Source: Hyphochytrium catenoides (Eukaryota > Protista > Hyphochytriomycota). From it: a stretch of DNA of 64,000 bases. The stretch lies in assembly GCA_900088475.1 (NCBI GenBank), contig FLMG01001949.1, positions 1-64,000 on the forward strand, in the 5' to 3' direction. Both the position numbers and the translations under genes were made by a program. A model generated the notes under the pieces. That model made no database searches and had not been told where the DNA came from. It saw only the letters and a program-made list of their open reading frames with translations. This document shows, piece by piece, positions 62,512-64,000 of the stretch (positions are counted from its first letter, which is position 1; each line of letters starts with the position of its first letter).

Positions 62512-64000
62512 CTACGACATCTGAGCTGTGTGCAGTTTAGCACTGTCAGCTGCCAGAAACTGAAAGGTGACAGCAAGAGTATGGGCGTGCGACTTTGAGC
62601 TAGGTAGTGGTTGATTGAATCTCCAGTCATACACTAGCCTATGCAATCCATTTGTCTCTACGTCTTGCTAAGGGTGCTCGGTGAAGCTACCTTGGGCATT
62701 ATTCCGACCTTCGCAAGCGATCTGTCTCCAACCTTGTGGAGTCGATTGTTGATTTGCAGCGGGAAGCCTGTGATAGTCTTCGTATTCTATACAGGTATTT
62801 TGTTTCTCCCTTAAGCTTTGGCAGAGGCCATTATTGTCTGACAAGAACGATAGAGCACAGGAACCATGCTTAAAGTTGGAATAGGGAGCAGAAACTGGCT
62901 TCGCCCGATGAGACTCTAGCCTGCCCAAGCCGCCCCTTCCGTAATCTTTGACGTCTGGTTTGGTTAACGGTAGTGCCATCTGCTGCCCAAAGCGTTATTA
63001 GAGTCACGGATTAAATGTTCTTGATAACCGCGGCTCACTAGGTAGACTGACAAAGACAAAACAAGAGGAGCAGTTAACTAAATCTTACCCTTTGTGCTAG
63101 AGCCAAGCTTGCATGACTCTTACGTTGAAGAGCCTCGGTAATGCCTGTCTTTCACTTTGTGATCTGGTCAGCAATCAAGATCAAGGGCACACAAAGCTAC
63201 TATACCCTGCTTATTACAAAGGTTGAAGGAAGATCAAAATGACACAAGCTTCCTTAGTCGATGAGGGATGGGAAGTATAGGTCACTAGAGTAGGAAGAGT
63301 CATCATACCCGCGTGGTCTGCGCTTGGAAGTGGGAAACTTAAATGAGCACACGGGCTTGTGACCTATGTAAGTTCTTTGGGCGGTGGCGAGTCTTCCCAT
63401 CACCACGCAAGAGTCACTCGCCGTGAACAGTTTGGTTCTCCTCCTGTGGCAAATTATGTTATGATGGGGTTTGTCATGAGGGCCGGCGCCTTCAGGCCAA
63501 TAGCAGAATGGCAGGGCGAAGTTCCTTTGACCCTTCCCTTCTGGCTCCTTCATTCGTGCCATCTTTCACGTTGTCGTCTCCTCGACGACGAAATAACGTA
63601 GAACGGAACCCTTGCACGGAGATAGGAGTCCGATGAGGAGGATGGTCCCGTCTCACAGAAGCGGATGAGGAGAGAATGGGAGGTATTCGAAGAGTGCGAA
63701 GGGACGGAGTAGAATGTGAGCTAATGTCAACCTTCTTTCGAGAAGTCGATAGAAGACGTTATACAGGCAGTAACAGAGGACGGTTGCAGCGGACGAATGA
63801 GCTGTTGAGTGACAAGGGTACGCTGTGGTGTTTGTCTTATGCTTATAGAGTCTAGCAGGACCGCTGCTCAACTTAGTACGTCGTAAATGTCTCTACTAGG
63901 TCCCTTCTTCGGCCTCCTTACATCCTTTGGTTGTCTCTTTGCTACTCCTTCTCCCTCACTACTAGCGCTGAAGGAGGAGGGGAGGGAACGAACCAGACGA

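Overview
Gene-dense eukaryotic genomic DNA with short GT-AG introns, (AG/CT)n microsatellites and four N-gaps. It comes from a flagellated protist, most plausibly a stramenopile; this is inferred from gene architectures and not proven. Splicing exons by hand gives 13 protein genes. In order: a HECT E3 ligase with signal peptide, TM helix and RanBP2 zinc finger (+); hydin (-); a protein with four DUF3395/SUEL-like repeats (+); a T7-type organellar RNA polymerase (-); a TBC1D23-like protein with extra PDZ and FN3 domains (+); IFT140 (+); an ankyrin-TPR protein (+); a SHIPPO/STPG-repeat plus ankyrin protein (+); Sec20 (-); topoisomerase II (+); an RDM1-like RRM/RAD52-motif protein (-); a membrane DnaJ protein (+); and a 1024-aa low-complexity orphan (-). 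I found no rRNA, tRNA, CRISPR array or intact transposon. The best leads are the receptor-like transmembrane HECT ligase, the four-repeat protein divergent from hydin, the TBC1D23 homolog that keeps its GAP catalytic fingers, Sec20 with a lumenal KEEL tail, and the TOP2/RDM1 pair whose stop codons are 24 bp apart, with a textbook CDE/CHR element before TOP2. All family assignments rest on motif recognition; no searches were run.
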